NCBI GenBank assembly: GCA_041394725.1
Contig: JAWKHR010000033.1
Span: 5,836 to 69,835, forward strand
Length of the DNA: 64,000 bases
DNA from: Vicinamibacterales bacterium
GTDB lineage: Bacteria > Acidobacteriota > Vicinamibacteria > Vicinamibacterales > SCN-69-37
Direction: 5' to 3'
Below are positions 9,840 through 20,548 of the stretch, in pieces. Under the pieces are notes generated by a model. The model searched no databases and was not told the origin of the DNA. It saw only the letters and a program-made list of their open reading frames with translations. How positions within the stretch are numbered: the stretch's first letter is position 1; each line of letters opens with the position of its first letter. Both the position numbers and the translations under genes were made by a program.

Positions 9840-10404
9840 CGGTCCGGCCTCCCGCCCTCCGCGTCGCGTTCAACTCCACCAGCCCCGCCGGCGGCGCGAT
9901 CTCAATCCGTCGTGCCGCCACGTCGATGCGCCGGCAAATCTCCTCGGCCAGGGGCACGAGCACCTCGCCGTACCGTTCGTGCGCCACCTCGAGCACCGGC
10001 GTCCCGGTCGCCAGGTCCACGCCCGTCACGCGGCCCACCGTCCCGCCAGGGCTCGTGACCTCGCACCCGACCAGGTCGTGCACGTAGTACCGACCCGGCT
10101 CGAGCGGCGTCAGGTCCGCTTCGGGGACCTGCAGTTCCAGGTTCCGCAGCGCCTCCGCATCGTCGATGCTGGCGACGCCCTCGAACCCGACGACCCACCG
10201 CGCGTCGTGCGGCCGGCTGTCGGTGACGACGAGCCGCCGCGTCGTGCCGTCGGGCCCGACCGCGTCGAACTCGGCGCCCGGGACGAAGCGATCGGCGCCG
10301 AAGTCTGTCTCGGGCGCCACGACCACCTGGCCACGGTTTCCCTGCGGCCGGACGATCCGGCCGACGGTCACGGGCGTCGCGCCTCCCGTCGTTGCGGCCT
10401 GCAC
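9760..10404 (-). CDS. rimM: 16S rRNA processing protein RimM
   Basis: It has RimM and PRC-barrel motifs (VGRIVRPQGNRGQVVV, YYVHDLVGCEV). I prefer the GTG at 10404, which has GGCGGGAG 6 nt upstream and lies just after the KH-gene stop, over the ATG at 10458. The 3' end reads 80 nt into trmD and is suspect (see findings). Confidence 0.8.
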   Translation of the reverse strand: MQAATTGGATPVTVGRIVRPQGNRGQVVVAPETDFGADRFVPGAEFDAVGPDGTTRRLVVTDSRPHDARWVVGFEGVASIDDAEALRNLELQVPEADLTPLEPGRYYVHDLVGCEVTSPGGTVGRVTGVDLATGTPVLEVAHERYGEVLVPLAEEICRRIDVAARRIEIAPPAGLVELNATRRAGGRTGEDRRRHHLPAHGRGRAGRGGSGPGA

Positions 10405-10417
10405 CGCTGCTCCCGCC

Positions 10418-10663
10418 TCAGTCGTCGTCGCGGAAGTCCACGGCGACGCGTCGTCCATCGAGCTCGCCCGCGGCCTGCGCGAGCGTGCGAATCGCCGCGG
10501 CCGTCCGGCCCTGCCGGCCGATCACGCGCCCCAGTTCGCCGGGCGCCATGGTCAGCTCGATGACGGTCTGGCCGCGACGATCCAGCTCGGTCACCTCGAC
10601 CTCGTCGGGCTGACCGGCCAGGGCGCGCGCGACGACCAGGACGACGTCGCGGGCGCGGCTCAC
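10418..10663 (-). CDS. KH-domain RNA-binding protein (UPF0109/YlqC family)
   Basis: This 81-aa ORF has the KH GxxG loop (VIGRQGRTAAAIRTL). It sits in the conserved position between rpsP and rimM. Its GTG start overlaps the rpsP stop (GTGA). Confidence 0.8.
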   Translation of the reverse strand: MSRARDVVLVVARALAGQPDEVEVTELDRRGQTVIELTMAPGELGRVIGRQGRTAAAIRTLAQAAGELDGRRVAVDFRDDD

Positions 10664-10950
10664 GAGGTGGCCTGCGCCGCCTGCTCGCCGCCCGCCGCGG
10701 CCTCCGCCGGCGCCTCGGCCGGCAGCCGGTCCACCAGCGTGCGCACGGTGTTCGAGGGCTGCGCCCCCACGCCGATCCAGTGCGCCAGCCGCTCCCGATC
10801 GATCACGAGCGTCTCGGGCGTCGAGCGCGGGTTGTAGTGCCCGACGACCTCGACGAACCGCCCGTCACGCGCCGAGCTCTTCTCGGCCACCACCACGCGG
10901 AAGAACGGGCGCCTGTTCGACCCCGCCCGCCGCAACCGGATTACCAGCAT
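10660..10950 (-). CDS. rpsP: 30S ribosomal protein S16
   Basis: The sequence is MLVIRLRRAGSNRRPFFRVVVAEKSSARDGRFVEVVGHYNP. The ATG at 10950 has GGAGG upstream. The track start at the GTG at 10953 is less likely. Confidence 0.95.
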   Translation of the reverse strand: MLVIRLRRAGSNRRPFFRVVVAEKSSARDGRFVEVVGHYNPRSTPETLVIDRERLAHWIGVGAQPSNTVRTLVDRLPAEAPAEAAAGGEQAAQATS

Positions 10951-10980
10951 CACGCCTCCAGGTACTTGTCGATTGAGTCA

Positions 10981-10997
10981 CTTCGAACTTCGAACTC
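10981..10997. repeat. tandem CTTCGAA CTTCGAA CTC motif in the ffh-rpsP intergenic region
   Basis: The tandem motif is read directly from the sequence. Related TTCGAA-containing motifs recur around the groEL terminator (32745-32906). Confidence 0.4.
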
Positions 10998-11002
10998 GGG
11001 GC

Positions 11003-12358
11003 CTAGCGCATGTTGCGCATCATCCCCATCATCTTCCGCCGGCCCTTGCGCCCGCCGCCCATGCCGCTCATCGTCTTGAGCATCTTGCGCATCTCGACGA
11101 ACTGCTTGAGCAGGCGGTTGATCTCCTCCACGCTCGTGCCGCTGCCGCGGGCGATCCGCTTGCGGCGGCTGCCGTTGATGAGCCCGTGATTGCGCCGCTC
11201 GCGCGCGGTCATCGAGTTGATGATGGCCTCCACGCGCACGAGCTGGCGGTCGTCGATCTCCCCGCGGCGTTCGTTGAGCGCCTTGAGGTTGCCCATCCCG
11301 GGGATCATCCCGAGCACCTGCTCGAGCGGCCCCATCTTCTTGATCATCCGCAGCTGGTCGCGGAAGTCCTCCAGCGTGAAGTCGTCCAGCCGGGTCTTCT
11401 GCTCCAGCCGCTCCCGGTCTTCCTCGTCGATCGCCTCCTCGGCGCGCTCGATGAGCGACAGCACGTCGCCCATGCCGAGCAGCCGCGACACCAGCCGGTC
11501 CGCGTGGAACGGCTCGAGGTCGGCGGGGCGATCACCGGTGCCCACGAACGCGATGGGCACGCCGACGACGCCCACCACCGACAACGCGGCGCCGCCCCGG
11601 GCGTCGCCGTCCATCTTCGTCAGCACGACGCCGCTGACGCCGATCCGCGCGTTGAACTCGCCCGCGCTGCGGACCGCGTCCTGGCCGGTCATCGCGTCGG
11701 CCACGTAGAGCCGATCCGTCGGATCCACCGCGGCCTGGATCGCCTCGAGCTCGACCATCAGCTCGTCGTCGATGTGCAGCCGGCCGGCCGTGTCGACGAT
11801 GAGCGTGTCGAACCCGAGGTTCTTCGTCGCGGCCAGCGCGCCCGCGGCGCGCGCGACCGGGTCCATCTCGCCCTCGGGCGCGTGCACGCGAATCCCGAGC
11901 TGCTGCCCCAGCACCGACAGCTGCTCGATGGCCGCCGGCCGCCGCACGTCGGTCGAGACCAGCATCGCGTGGCGGCCCTGCTTGTCGAGCCACCGCGCCA
12001 GCTTCGCCGACGTGGTCGTCTTGCCCGACCCCTGCAACCCCAGCATCAGCACGACGCGCGGCGCCCGCGACGTCTGCGTCAGCCCGCCCGTCGTGTCGCC
12101 GAACAGTCCCAGCAACTCGTCGCGCACGATGCGCACGACGTGCTGCCCCGGCGTCAGGCTTCGCAGGACCTCGTCGCCGACGGCCTTCGCGCGCACTCGC
12201 TCGACGAACGCCTTCACGACGCGGAAGTTGACGTCCGCCTCGAGCAGCGCCAGCCGGATCTCCCGCAGCGCGGCCTCGACCGCTGCCTCGGTGAGGCGTG
12301 CCTCACCCCGCAGCGACTTGAAGACGCCCTGCAGCCGGGTGCTCAGTGATTCCAGCAT
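11003..12358 (-). CDS. ffh: signal recognition particle protein Ffh
   Basis: It lies inside ORF 11003..12454. The ATG at 12358 gives MLESLSTRLQGVFKSL. Motifs: GLQGSGKTTTSAKLA, DTAGRLH, TKMDGDARGGAA, and an M-domain with a Met-rich tail. Confidence 0.95.
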   Translation of the reverse strand: MLESLSTRLQGVFKSLRGEARLTEAAVEAALREIRLALLEADVNFRVVKAFVERVRAKAVGDEVLRSLTPGQHVVRIVRDELLGLFGDTTGGLTQTSRAPRVVLMLGLQGSGKTTTSAKLARWLDKQGRHAMLVSTDVRRPAAIEQLSVLGQQLGIRVHAPEGEMDPVARAAGALAATKNLGFDTLIVDTAGRLHIDDELMVELEAIQAAVDPTDRLYVADAMTGQDAVRSAGEFNARIGVSGVVLTKMDGDARGGAALSVVGVVGVPIAFVGTGDRPADLEPFHADRLVSRLLGMGDVLSLIERAEEAIDEEDRERLEQKTRLDDFTLEDFRDQLRMIKKMGPLEQVLGMIPGMGNLKALNERRGEIDDRQLVRVEAIINSMTARERRNHGLINGSRRKRIARGSGTSVEEINRLLKQFVEMRKMLKTMSGMGGGRKGRRKMMGMMRNMR

Positions 12359-12475
12359 CGCGACGTTCGGCCTGCCCCGGGCCGGTGCCCCCGATGGGCC
12401 ATAACCGACTCCAGCGCAAACAGTTATGCTACGCGAAGGGCGGGCGGAAGACAACCCGGACGCGCGGGCCCCGGC

Positions 12476-13729
12476 TCAGACCGAGCTCAGCTTGTGCCCG
12501 AGCTTGTCTTTCTTGGTCTTCAGGTAGCGGCGCGTAAACTCCGACACGGGAACGACTTCCAGCGGCAGCGACTCGACCACCGACAGGCCGTAGCCCTCGA
12601 GGCCCACGAACTTCCGCGGGTTGTTGGTCAGGAGCCGCATGGTCCGAACCCCGAGATCGCGCAGGATCTGCGCTCCGATGCCGTAGTCCCGCTGGTCGGG
12701 CTTGAAGCCGAGGCGCTCGTTGGCCTCGACCGTGTCGAGGCCGCCGTCCTGCAGTTCGTAGGCCCGGATCTTGTTGGCCAGGCCGATGCCCCGGCCCTCC
12801 TGGTGCAGGTAGAGGAGGACGCCGCGCTCCTCCTTGGCGATGCGCTCCATCGCGGCGTCGAGCTGGGGACCGCAGTCGCAGCGCGTGGAATGGAACACGT
12901 CGCCGGTGAGGCACTTCGAGTGCACGCGCACGACGACATCCTTGCCGTTGCCGATCTCGCCGCGCACGAGCGCGACGTGGGCGACCCCGTCGATGAGGCT
13001 CTCGTAGGCGTGAATGCTGAAGGGACCGAACCGCGTGGGCAGCGAGGCCTGCGCGACGCGGCGCACGAGGCCCTCGGTCCGCATGCGGTACCGGATCAGG
13101 TCCGCGATGGTGATCATCAGCAGCTTGTGCCGCTTCGCGAACTTCGAGAGCTCGGGAACCCGCGCCATCGTGCCGTCGGCGTTCATGATTTCGCAGATCA
13201 CCCCGGCGGGCGAGAGGCCGGCAATCCGCGCGAGATCGACCGCCGCCTCGGTCTGGCCGGCGCGCACCAGGACGCCGCCGTCGCGCGCGCGCAGCGGGAA
13301 CATGTGGCCCGGTCGCGCCAGATCGGCCGGCCGCGTCGCCGGATCGACCGCCGCGAGCACGGTCGCCGCGCGGTCCGCCGCCGAGATACCCGTCGTCGTC
13401 CGGCTCTTTGCCTCGATGGGCACGCAGAAGGCCGTGCCGAACCGCGAGCTGTTGTCGTTGACCATCAGGGGCAGGTCCAGCTCGTCCAGGCGCTGTCCGG
13501 TCATCGGCAGGCAGATCAGCCCGCGGCCGTGGCGCGCCATGAAGTTGATGATCTCGGGCGTGACCTTCTCGGCGGCGATGGTCAGGTCGCCCTCGTTCTC
13601 GCGGTCCTCGTCGTCGACGACGATGACCATGCGCCCCTCGCGGATGGCGCCGACGGCGTCCTCGACGGGGGCGAACGCGGAACGCGGGCGGCGGGTGCGC
13701 GCGAGGCGAATCGGCTTGCGTGCGGTCAT
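12476..13729 (-). CDS. ribBA: bifunctional 3,4-dihydroxy-2-butanone-4-phosphate synthase / GTP cyclohydrolase II
   Basis: It lies inside ORF 12476..13990. The ATG at 13729 gives MTARKPIRL. It has [16 protein letters not shown] and [18 protein letters not shown]...CDCG. Confidence 0.93.
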   Translation of the reverse strand: MTARKPIRLARTRRPRSAFAPVEDAVGAIREGRMVIVVDDEDRENEGDLTIAAEKVTPEIINFMARHGRGLICLPMTGQRLDELDLPLMVNDNSSRFGTAFCVPIEAKSRTTTGISAADRAATVLAAVDPATRPADLARPGHMFPLRARDGGVLVRAGQTEAAVDLARIAGLSPAGVICEIMNADGTMARVPELSKFAKRHKLLMITIADLIRYRMRTEGLVRRVAQASLPTRFGPFSIHAYESLIDGVAHVALVRGEIGNGKDVVVRVHSKCLTGDVFHSTRCDCGPQLDAAMERIAKEERGVLLYLHQEGRGIGLANKIRAYELQDGGLDTVEANERLGFKPDQRDYGIGAQILRDLGVRTMRLLTNNPRKFVGLEGYGLSVVESLPLEVVPVSEFTRRYLKTKKDKLGHKLSSV

Positions 13730-14340
13730 GCTGGCCCCACCCCGGGGGCGGCGTGCTGCCCGGCCAGCAGCCGGGCGACGTATTTCCCGATGACGTCCGT
13801 CTCGATGTTCACCGCGTCGCCCGCGCCGGCGTCCCCGAAGGTCGTGTGGGCCAGCGTGAACGGCACGAGCTGCACCCCGATGCGGGGGCCCGCGAGCGCG
13901 GCGATCGTCAGGCTCACGCCGTCGATCGTCACCGATCCCTTCGGGATCATCGTGGCCGCCAGCGCGTCGGGCACGTCGACCTCCAGCCACGCCGTGTCGG
14001 CGGACGGTCGCAGGCCGGCGACCCGGCCGACGCCGTCCACGTGGCCCTGCACGATGTGCCCGCCGAACCGATCGTCGGCGCGCATCGCGCGCTCGAGGTT
14101 GACGCGCCGTCCCGGCGCGAGGCCGCCGAGCGTGGTGACGCGCAGCGTCTCGGGCGCCACGTCGAACCGCAGCTCGTCGTGCGTCCGGGTCGTGACCGTC
14201 AGGCAGACGCCGCTCACCGCGACGCTCTCACCGTCATGGCACTCGCCGGCGAACGGCGCCGACACGCGCAGCGAGACGCCGGACGCGCCAGGCTCCACCG
14301 CGACGACGCGGCCCACGGCTTCAATCAGTCCCGTGAACAT
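13726..14340 (-). CDS. ribE: riboflavin synthase (alpha chain)
   Basis: It lies inside ORF 13726..14424. The ATG at 14340 gives [12 protein letters not shown], the canonical start. Lumazine-binding repeats are present. Its stop overlaps the ribBA start (ATGA). Confidence 0.9.
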   Translation of the reverse strand: MFTGLIEAVGRVVAVEPGASGVSLRVSAPFAGECHDGESVAVSGVCLTVTTRTHDELRFDVAPETLRVTTLGGLAPGRRVNLERAMRADDRFGGHIVQGHVDGVGRVAGLRPSADTAWLEVDVPDALAATMIPKGSVTIDGVSLTIAALAGPRIGVQLVPFTLAHTTFGDAGAGDAVNIETDVIGKYVARLLAGQHAAPGVGPA

Positions 14341-15409
14341 CCCATTCGATGAAGCGGTCGGCGCCCAGCTGCCGCACCGGGTCCCGCCGCCGCCAGCCGT
14401 GTTCCCCACCGAAGCCCGCCGCAATCGGCAGGCCGTCGCCGAGCACCGTGGGCGCGACCACCACCTGACTGCGATCGACGGCGCCGGCCTCCCAGAAGGC
14501 CTGCTGGAGGGTCGGCCCGCCCTCGATGAGCAGCGAGACGACGTCGCGCGCCGCGAGCCAGCGAAGCATCGGGCCGAGCGCCCGGTCGTCGCGGCGCTCG
14601 ATGCTCACGCCGCGGCGCTCGAGGGCGATCACCGCGTCCGGCCGGGCCTCGGTGGCGGCCCTCGAGACCATCATTATGACCGGCCCCTCCGCCAGGGTCG
14701 AGAAGACCCGCGCGGAGGGCCGGATTCGCAGCGACCAGTCGAAGAGGACCCGCACGAGCGGCCGGGCCCGCCACGCGCCCCGCGCCGTGAGCCAGGGGTC
14801 GTCGGTGACGACGGTGCCCGCGCCGACCGCGATCGCGTCCACCTCGGCGCGCTCGCGGTGGAAGTACCGCCGGGCTTCGGCGCCGGTGATCTGGACGCGC
14901 TGTCCCGGCCGGCCCACGAATCCGTCGGCGGAGACCGCGGCCTTGAGCGTGACGTGGGGTCGCTTCCGGGCCATCCACGTGAAGAACGGCGCGTTCTGGT
15001 ACCGCGCCTCCTCCTCGCCCACGCCCTCGACGACCTCGACGCCGTGCGCCCGCAGGAAGCGAACGCCGCCGCCGTCCACGCGCGGATTCGGGTCGCGCAC
15101 GGCCAGGACGACGCGCGCGATGCCGTCGGAGACGATGCGCGCGGCGCACGGACCGGTGCGTCCGGTGTGGCAGCACGGCTCGAGCGTGACGTAGAGGGTC
15201 GCGCCGCGGGCGCGCGCCCCGGCCTCGTCGAGCGCCACTACCTCGGCGTGGGGCCCGCCGGCCTGCCGGTGCGCCCCCTGCCCCACGATGACGCCGTCCC
15301 GGTCCACCACGACGGCGCCGACGATCGGATTCGGGGAGGTCGTGCCGCGGCCGCGCTCGGCAAGGAACCGGGCCCGCGCCATCATCGCGGCGTCGCGCGC
15401 GTCTACCAT
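14321..15409 (-). CDS. ribD: bifunctional riboflavin biosynthesis deaminase/reductase RibD
   Basis: It has the deaminase motifs HAEVVAL and [11 protein letters not shown], plus a C-terminal RibD reductase domain. Confidence 0.9.
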   Translation of the reverse strand: MVDARDAAMMARARFLAERGRGTTSPNPIVGAVVVDRDGVIVGQGAHRQAGGPHAEVVALDEAGARARGATLYVTLEPCCHTGRTGPCAARIVSDGIARVVLAVRDPNPRVDGGGVRFLRAHGVEVVEGVGEEEARYQNAPFFTWMARKRPHVTLKAAVSADGFVGRPGQRVQITGAEARRYFHRERAEVDAIAVGAGTVVTDDPWLTARGAWRARPLVRVLFDWSLRIRPSARVFSTLAEGPVIMMVSRAATEARPDAVIALERRGVSIERRDDRALGPMLRWLAARDVVSLLIEGGPTLQQAFWEAGAVDRSQVVVAPTVLGDGLPIAAGFGGEHGWRRRDPVRQLGADRFIEWDVHGTD

Positions 15410-16389
15410 TGCTCGGTGAACAGCGCGTCCACGTAGCCCGCCGCGTCGAACGGCAGCAGGTCGTCGAGGCCCTCGCCGACGCCGATGTAGCGAATGGGCA
15501 GCCGCAGGTCGTGCGCGATCGCCACCGCGACACCGCCCTTGGCCGTGCCGTCGAGCTTCGTGAGGACGATGCCGTTCGCGCCGCTCGCGCGCATGAATTC
15601 TCGGGCCTGCACGAGGCCGTTCTGGCCGACGGTCGCGTCGAGGACGAGCAGCACCTCGTGCGGCGCCCCCGGCACCTCGCGGCCGACCACGCGCCGGATC
15701 TTGTCGAGCTCGGCCATCAGGTTCGCGCGCGTGTGGATCCGGCCGGCGGTGTCCACGATCAGCACCTCACGGCCCCGCGCTTTCGCGGCGACCGCCGCGT
15801 CGAACGTCACCGCGGCCGGGTCGGCCCCCGGCTGCGCGCGCACGACGTCGACGCCCGCGCGCTCGGCCCACACTGCGAGCTGCGAGACCGCCGCGGCGCG
15901 GAACGTGTCGGCCGCGCAGACCATCACCGACCGGCCCTCCGCCTGGTAGAGGCGGGCCAGCTTGCCCACCGTGGTCGTCTTGCCGGTCCCGTTGACGCCG
16001 ACCACCAGCACCACGTGCGGCGTGGTCGCGATCGCCGGCGGCGCCTCGACGTCGTTCAGGACCCGGACCATCACCCGGGCGACGCGGTCGCGCAGGCGGC
16101 CCGTGCGCTCCGCGCGGACGGCGTCGATGATGCGCTCGGTGGCGGCCAGGCCGACGTCGGCGCCGATCAGCGCGTCCTCGAGCGCGTCGAGGTCGTCGAT
16201 CGTCATCGCGCGCCCGCGCGGGGGCGCGCCCGACGACGGCGCAGGGGCGCCGGACGGACCGGACGCGCCCGACGCGGCCGGCGAGCCGGACGCTTCGCCC
16301 GCCGCCTCGGCGGCATCGCCGAGGCGTTCGCGAATCTGCTGCGCCGTCTTCGCCAGGCCGGCCCGGATGCGCGAGAGGAACGACGCCAT
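15403..16389 (-). CDS. ftsY: signal recognition particle receptor FtsY
   Basis: It lies inside ORF 15403..16722. The ATG at 16389 gives [15 protein letters not shown]. Motifs: [30 protein letters not shown]. Confidence 0.9.
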   Translation of the reverse strand: MASFLSRIRAGLAKTAQQIRERLGDAAEAAGEASGSPAASGASGPSGAPAPSSGAPPRGRAMTIDDLDALEDALIGADVGLAATERIIDAVRAERTGRLRDRVARVMVRVLNDVEAPPAIATTPHVVLVVGVNGTGKTTTVGKLARLYQAEGRSVMVCAADTFRAAAVSQLAVWAERAGVDVVRAQPGADPAAVTFDAAVAAKARGREVLIVDTAGRIHTRANLMAELDKIRRVVGREVPGAPHEVLLVLDATVGQNGLVQAREFMRASGANGIVLTKLDGTAKGGVAVAIAHDLRLPIRYIGVGEGLDDLLPFDAAGYVDALFTEQW

Positions 16390-16391
16390 GG

Positions 16392-17411
16392 TCAGGCCCG
16401 ATCCACTTCTTCGCGCTGCGGCCGCACCATCAGCTCCCCCGCCGCCGCGCGCGGCGTCCGGCGCCCGGCCATGACCTCGAACATCTGCGTCGCGATCGGC
16501 AGCTCGACGCCGGCGCGTTCCCCCAGCCGGAGCGCGGCCTCGGTCGTCCGCACCCCCTCGGCCACCATCTTCATGCCGGAGAGAATCTCCGACAGCGGGC
16601 GCCCGCGCCCCAGCTCGATGCCCACGTGGCGGTTGCGACTGAGCGACCCCGTGCAGGTGAGCACGAGATCGCCGAGGCCGCTCAGCCCCGACAGCGTCTC
16701 GCGGCGCCCGCCGACCGCGCACGACACCCGCGAGATTTCCGCGAGCCCGCGCGTGATGAGCGCGGACATCGCGTTGTGGCCGAGGCCGAGCGACTCGACG
16801 ACCCCGGCGGCAATCGCGATCACGTTCTTCAGCGCGCCGCCGATTTCGACGCCCACGACGTCGTCCGACGCGTAGAGCCGGAACGTCGGACCGCCGAACT
16901 CCTCCTGGACGAGGCGCAGCGCCTCGGCGTCGCTCGACGCGGCGACGAGCGCGGTCGGCAGCCGCCGCGCGACCTCGGCCGCGAAGCTCGGCCCGGAGAG
17001 CGCCACCACCGCGTGCCGCCCGCCGGTCTCCTCGGCAATCACCTGCGACATCCGCGCCAGCGTGTCGATCTCGAGGCCCTTCGTGGCGCTCACCAGCACC
17101 GCGCCCTCGCGCAGGTGCGGCACGGCCGCCCGCACGACGGCACGCAGGCCATGGGACGGGACGGCGACGACGACGTAGCGCGCCCCGGCCAGCGCCTGTG
17201 CGAGATCGGCCGAGGGGGTGAGCGGTTCAGGGAAGGTCGCGTCCGGCAGGTACGTGGGATTCGCGCGCCGCTCGGCCATCGCGGCCATCAGCGCGGCATC
17301 GCGCCCCCAGAGCCTCACGTCGTGGCCGATCGTCCCGAGGTGGACGGCCAGCGCGGTGCCCCAGCTGCCGGCGCCCAGCACCGCCGCCCGGTGGGCGGCA
17401 TCCGAATTCAT
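16392..17411 (-). CDS. gpsA: NAD(P)H-dependent glycerol-3-phosphate dehydrogenase
   Basis: This 339-aa ORF has the [10 protein letters not shown] Rossmann motif, NPTYLP and [12 protein letters not shown]. Confidence 0.92.
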   Translation of the reverse strand: MNSDAAHRAAVLGAGSWGTALAVHLGTIGHDVRLWGRDAALMAAMAERRANPTYLPDATFPEPLTPSADLAQALAGARYVVVAVPSHGLRAVVRAAVPHLREGAVLVSATKGLEIDTLARMSQVIAEETGGRHAVVALSGPSFAAEVARRLPTALVAASSDAEALRLVQEEFGGPTFRLYASDDVVGVEIGGALKNVIAIAAGVVESLGLGHNAMSALITRGLAEISRVSCAVGGRRETLSGLSGLGDLVLTCTGSLSRNRHVGIELGRGRPLSEILSGMKMVAEGVRTTEAALRLGERAGVELPIATQMFEVMAGRRTPRAAAGELMVRPQREEVDRA

Positions 17412-17460
17412 GCCTCAATGATACGTGCTGCGCGTCGCCCCGCCGAGGGCCGGGGCCGGA

Positions 17461-18723
17461 TCACGCCCCAGCGCAGGCGCGGCGGATGAGGTCGAGCGCC
17501 GCGTTGACGCTGAGCGCGCGCACCATCGCCCGGTCCCCGGGCAGCCGCAGGGTGCGGACGACGGGGTGCGGACCGTCGAGCGCGACGACGACCGTGCCGA
17601 CCGGTTTCGCGTCGCTGCCACCGCCCGGCCCCGCGATGCCGGTGACGGCGACCGCGAGGTCCGCGCCGAACCGCCGGCGCGCGCCCTCGGCCATTGCGCG
17701 CCCGACCGGCTCGCTCACCGCGCCATGGGCGGCCAGCGTGGTCTGCGGCACGTCGAGCAGCGCGACCTTCACGGCGTTGTCGTACGCCACGACGCCGCCG
17801 AGCACGTAGTCCGAACTGCCGGGCACCTCGGTGAGACGGCCCAGGAGCAGCCCCCCCGTGCACGACTCGGCGGCCGCCACGCGCCAGCCGCGCGCGCGGA
17901 GCGCGTCGCCCACGACGACCTCGAGCGCGCGTCCGTCGAGGCTGTACACGGCCGGCGCCAGTGCCCGTTCGAGCGCGGTCACGCCGTCGTCGAGCAGGCG
18001 ATCGGCGTCGGCCGGCGGCCCGGTGGCCACGAGGTGAATCTCGATCAACCCGGACGAGGCGAGGATGCTCGTCGCCACCGTCACCCTCGGACCTCCGAGG
18101 GTCGAGTAGATCGGATGCGCCAGTTCCTCGACCTGCGACTCGGTGCGCCCGGTGATCTTCAGCACGCGACGGCGGGGTGCGTGCCCGCTGCCGAGCGGCG
18201 CCAGCCGCGGCACCACCGCCGCGTCGAACATCGGCTGCAGCTCACGGGGCGGACCGGGCAGCAGGACGACGACGCGATCGCCTTCCGCGGTCTCGATGAA
18301 GATGCCGGGCGCGGTGCCGTTGGCGTTCGGCAGGAGCGTCGCGCCGCGCGGCACCAGCGCCTGCCGGCGATTGACGGCCGGCATCTCGACGCCGCGACGC
18401 GCGAAGCGCTCGCGGATCCGTTCCAGCGTGGCTGCGTCCTCGGTCAGCGGAAGGCCGAGCACCGCGGCGACCGCGTCGCGGGTCAGGTCGTCCGACGTCG
18501 GCCCCAGGCCGCCCGTGGTGATGACCACGTCCGCCCGCCCGAGCGCGGTGCGGACCGCCGCCTGGAGATCCGCGAGGTCATCGCCGACCACGGTCTTGTG
18601 CCGCACCGGCAGGCCGAGATCGTCGAGGCGGCCCGTGAGCCAGAGGGAATTGGTGTCGAGACGGAACGGGGTCAGCAGTTCCGAGCCGACGGCGATGATC
18701 TCCGCCGAGCGCGCCCCGATCAT
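17461..18723 (-). CDS. cinA: CinA family protein (MoCF-binding domain + nicotinamide-nucleotide amidase PncC domain)
   Basis: The sequence has AEIIAVGSELL, TTGGLGPTSDDLT and a C-terminal AAAESCTGGLL. Confidence 0.85.
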   Translation of the reverse strand: MIGARSAEIIAVGSELLTPFRLDTNSLWLTGRLDDLGLPVRHKTVVGDDLADLQAAVRTALGRADVVITTGGLGPTSDDLTRDAVAAVLGLPLTEDAATLERIRERFARRGVEMPAVNRRQALVPRGATLLPNANGTAPGIFIETAEGDRVVVLLPGPPRELQPMFDAAVVPRLAPLGSGHAPRRRVLKITGRTESQVEELAHPIYSTLGGPRVTVATSILASSGLIEIHLVATGPPADADRLLDDGVTALERALAPAVYSLDGRALEVVVGDALRARGWRVAAAESCTGGLLLGRLTEVPGSSDYVLGGVVAYDNAVKVALLDVPQTTLAAHGAVSEPVGRAMAEGARRRFGADLAVAVTGIAGPGGGSDAKPVGTVVVALDGPHPVVRTLRLPGDRAMVRALSVNAALDLIRRACAGA

Positions 18724-19181
18724 CCGGCGAGCGCGGGCAGCAGGAACAGCGCCAGCCGCATCAGCAGGTTGCCGTAGACGCCCGCCATCAGGTCGTCGGC
18801 CATGATGCCCGTCCCGCCGTGCAATGCCTCGAACTGGCGGGCGGGCCAGGGCTTGATGATGTCGAGCACGCGAAAGAGGAAGAAGCCGAGCACCGCGCCG
18901 CCGATGCCCGCGCCCGTCAGGAGCAGCGTGGCCAGCTGGCCCGCCACCTCGTCGATGACGACCGCGCCGGGATCCTCACGACCATAGTGGCGTTCGGCCA
19001 CGCCGGCCGCCCAGATTCCGACGAGCGACACCGCGACCAGCAGTCCGAGCTGCCAGGCCGGGGGCCAGTGCCGCGTGAGGAGATAGACGACGATCCCGAC
19101 GGCCGAACCAAACGTCCCCGGCGCGATGGGCGCCAGTCCGGCGCCCCCGGTCGTCGCCAGGAACAGCGCGACCGCCTTCAT
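18720..19181 (-). CDS. pgpA: phosphatidylglycerophosphatase A
   Basis: It lies inside ORF 18720..19520. The ATG at 19181 gives MKAVALFLATTGG. PgpA motifs: APGTFGS, IDEVAGQ, DIIKPWP, GIMADDLMAG. ATGA overlaps occur at both ends. Confidence 0.8.
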   Translation of the reverse strand: MKAVALFLATTGGAGLAPIAPGTFGSAVGIVVYLLTRHWPPAWQLGLLVAVSLVGIWAAGVAERHYGREDPGAVVIDEVAGQLATLLLTGAGIGGAVLGFFLFRVLDIIKPWPARQFEALHGGTGIMADDLMAGVYGNLLMRLALFLLPALAG

Positions 19182-20548
19182 GCGCGAACGACGCGCGTGC
19201 CGGCGGCGCGGTCGTGCAGCGCCGGTCCCCGGCCGAGCAGCGCCGGCAGCAGGCCGGCGCAGGCCAGGAGGACCGACGGCACCGACGCCGCCGATCGGAC
19301 GGCGACCTGCTGCATCGTCAGGCTGCCGCCGTCGGCCTCGTCGTCGCTCGCGACGACGCGGGTGCCGGCCAGCATCTTGCCGATCGTCTGGCCGCCGGCC
19401 ACGGTGAAGAGCATCAGGTAGCCCAGGGTGACGAGCAGCAGGAACGCGGCAATCGGCAGGAGCGGCAGCCGGGTGAGCACGTCCTCGAGCGCCACGCCCG
19501 CCGTCTGCGCCGACAGCCACGTCACGGCAGCGCCGACGACGCCGAGCAGGGATACGTCGATGAGCGTCGACTCGAAGCGCGGCCAGCCCGCGATCTCGCC
19601 GGTCGGCACTGGCTGCCCGAGCGCGCGCGCCCGCTCGGCGGCGTGACGACGTTCCAGGCGTTCGAGCAGCTGCAGGTCCTCGATGAGGTCGCGGTCGAAC
19701 TGGCCCGCCGGCCGCGCCGGCTTCGACACGCGGCCGGTGTCGGGCGCGCGGCGCTGCACCGAGAGCGGCGCCCGCGGCGTGTCGGGGACGGAGACGAGCG
19801 GCGCGTCCAGGTCCGCGTCCGGCTGGGGCGCCGGCGTGCCGCGGACGAACAGCGGCAGGTCCGAGGTGGGCGGAATGCTCGGACGACGCGCGGGCGGCGC
19901 GAGCGGCTGGTCCACCGTCGCACGGGCCGCGGCCGCCGGCAGGTCGTCTGGCCGCCTCAGGGGCGTGTTGGCCGGATCGAATCCCGGCGGCGCCGCGGGC
20001 CGCGACGGCGCGTCGGTCCCCTCGGTGGCGTCGGGCCGGGACGAGACGGCGGGCCGGGACGGCTGGGCGGCGCGGGCCGGCGCCGAGGGCACGGGCGTCA
20101 CGATGCGCATCGGACCGGGCCTCGGTGCATCGATCGTGTCGATCGAGCGGGCCGCGGGTGCCTCGACCGGTGCGTCGGCCTCGGGTGCTGGTTCGGGCTC
20201 TGGCTGGCGGGCCACCACGTCCGGGACCGCCTCGGGCGGGGTTTCGTGGGCCGGCGCCTCTTCTCGCTCCGACTCGAACTCCTCGGTCGGATCCAGGTGC
20301 AGGGCCGCGGCCCGCGCGGCGGCGCGACTGCCGGCGGCTCGCACGCTCGACCGCCGTTTCGGGCGCGAGACCGGCGGCTCGTCGAGCGCCGCTTCGGACG
20401 TGTAGGCCTTCAGGGCCTCCGGCGTGGGCTGATCGGCGGGCTCGGACCCCTGCACCGGCGACGGGTCGCTCAGGGCCAGGTCGTACCCGCAGTTCTTGCA
20501 GCGCGGCTCCGGCTCAAAGCTCAGGTAGTGACACTTCGGACATCTCAT
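19178..20548 (-). CDS. zinc-ribbon / long disordered linker / RDD-domain membrane protein
   Basis: It has an N-terminal CPKC...CKNC ribbon, about 300 aa of Pro/Ala/Asp-rich low complexity, and a C-terminal 3-TM RDD-like domain (GGQTIGKMLAGTRVV). Confidence 0.7.
   Translation of the reverse strand: MRCPKCHYLSFEPEPRCKNCGYDLALSDPSPVQGSEPADQPTPEALKAYTSEAALDEPPVSRPKRRSSVRAAGSRAAARAAALHLDPTEEFESEREEAPAHETPPEAVPDVVARQPEPEPAPEADAPVEAPAARSIDTIDAPRPGPMRIVTPVPSAPARAAQPSRPAVSSRPDATEGTDAPSRPAAPPGFDPANTPLRRPDDLPAAAARATVDQPLAPPARRPSIPPTSDLPLFVRGTPAPQPDADLDAPLVSVPDTPRAPLSVQRRAPDTGRVSKPARPAGQFDRDLIEDLQLLERLERRHAAERARALGQPVPTGEIAGWPRFESTLIDVSLLGVVGAAVTWLSAQTAGVALEDVLTRLPLLPIAAFLLLVTLGYLMLFTVAGGQTIGKMLAGTRVVASDDEADGGSLTMQQVAVRSAASVPSVLLACAGLLPALLGRGPALHDRAAGTRVVRA

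Noticed and set aside
12359-12475. 117-nt ribBA-ffh spacer, and other gaps of 95 nt or more (21358-21526, 30517-30772, 32729-32923, 33794-34023, 44250-44400, 45412-45525, 60529-60632), inspected for tRNA, SRP RNA or other small RNA genes
   Set aside because: I could find no cloverleaf-compatible arms, T-loop (GTTCGAATC-type) context or conserved SRP/6S/tmRNA motifs by eye. A covariance-model scan would be needed to exclude novel sRNAs.
12494-15436. 980-aa plus-strand ORF across the rib operon
   Set aside because: It is antisense to ribBA, ribE and ribD, which carry all their catalytic motifs, and it has an Arg/Gly/Ala-rich composition. It is a shadow ORF. The same reasoning applies to 22620..26144, 50421..53942, 54411..56462, 56459..58516, 31130..32842, 46660..48180 and 28634..30175.
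15403-15440. Expected FMN riboswitch upstream of the riboflavin operon
   Set aside because: The ribD start overlaps the ftsY stop by 7 nt, so there is no leader in which a riboswitch could sit. Likewise there is no room for a TPP riboswitch upstream of thiE (7701-7726).
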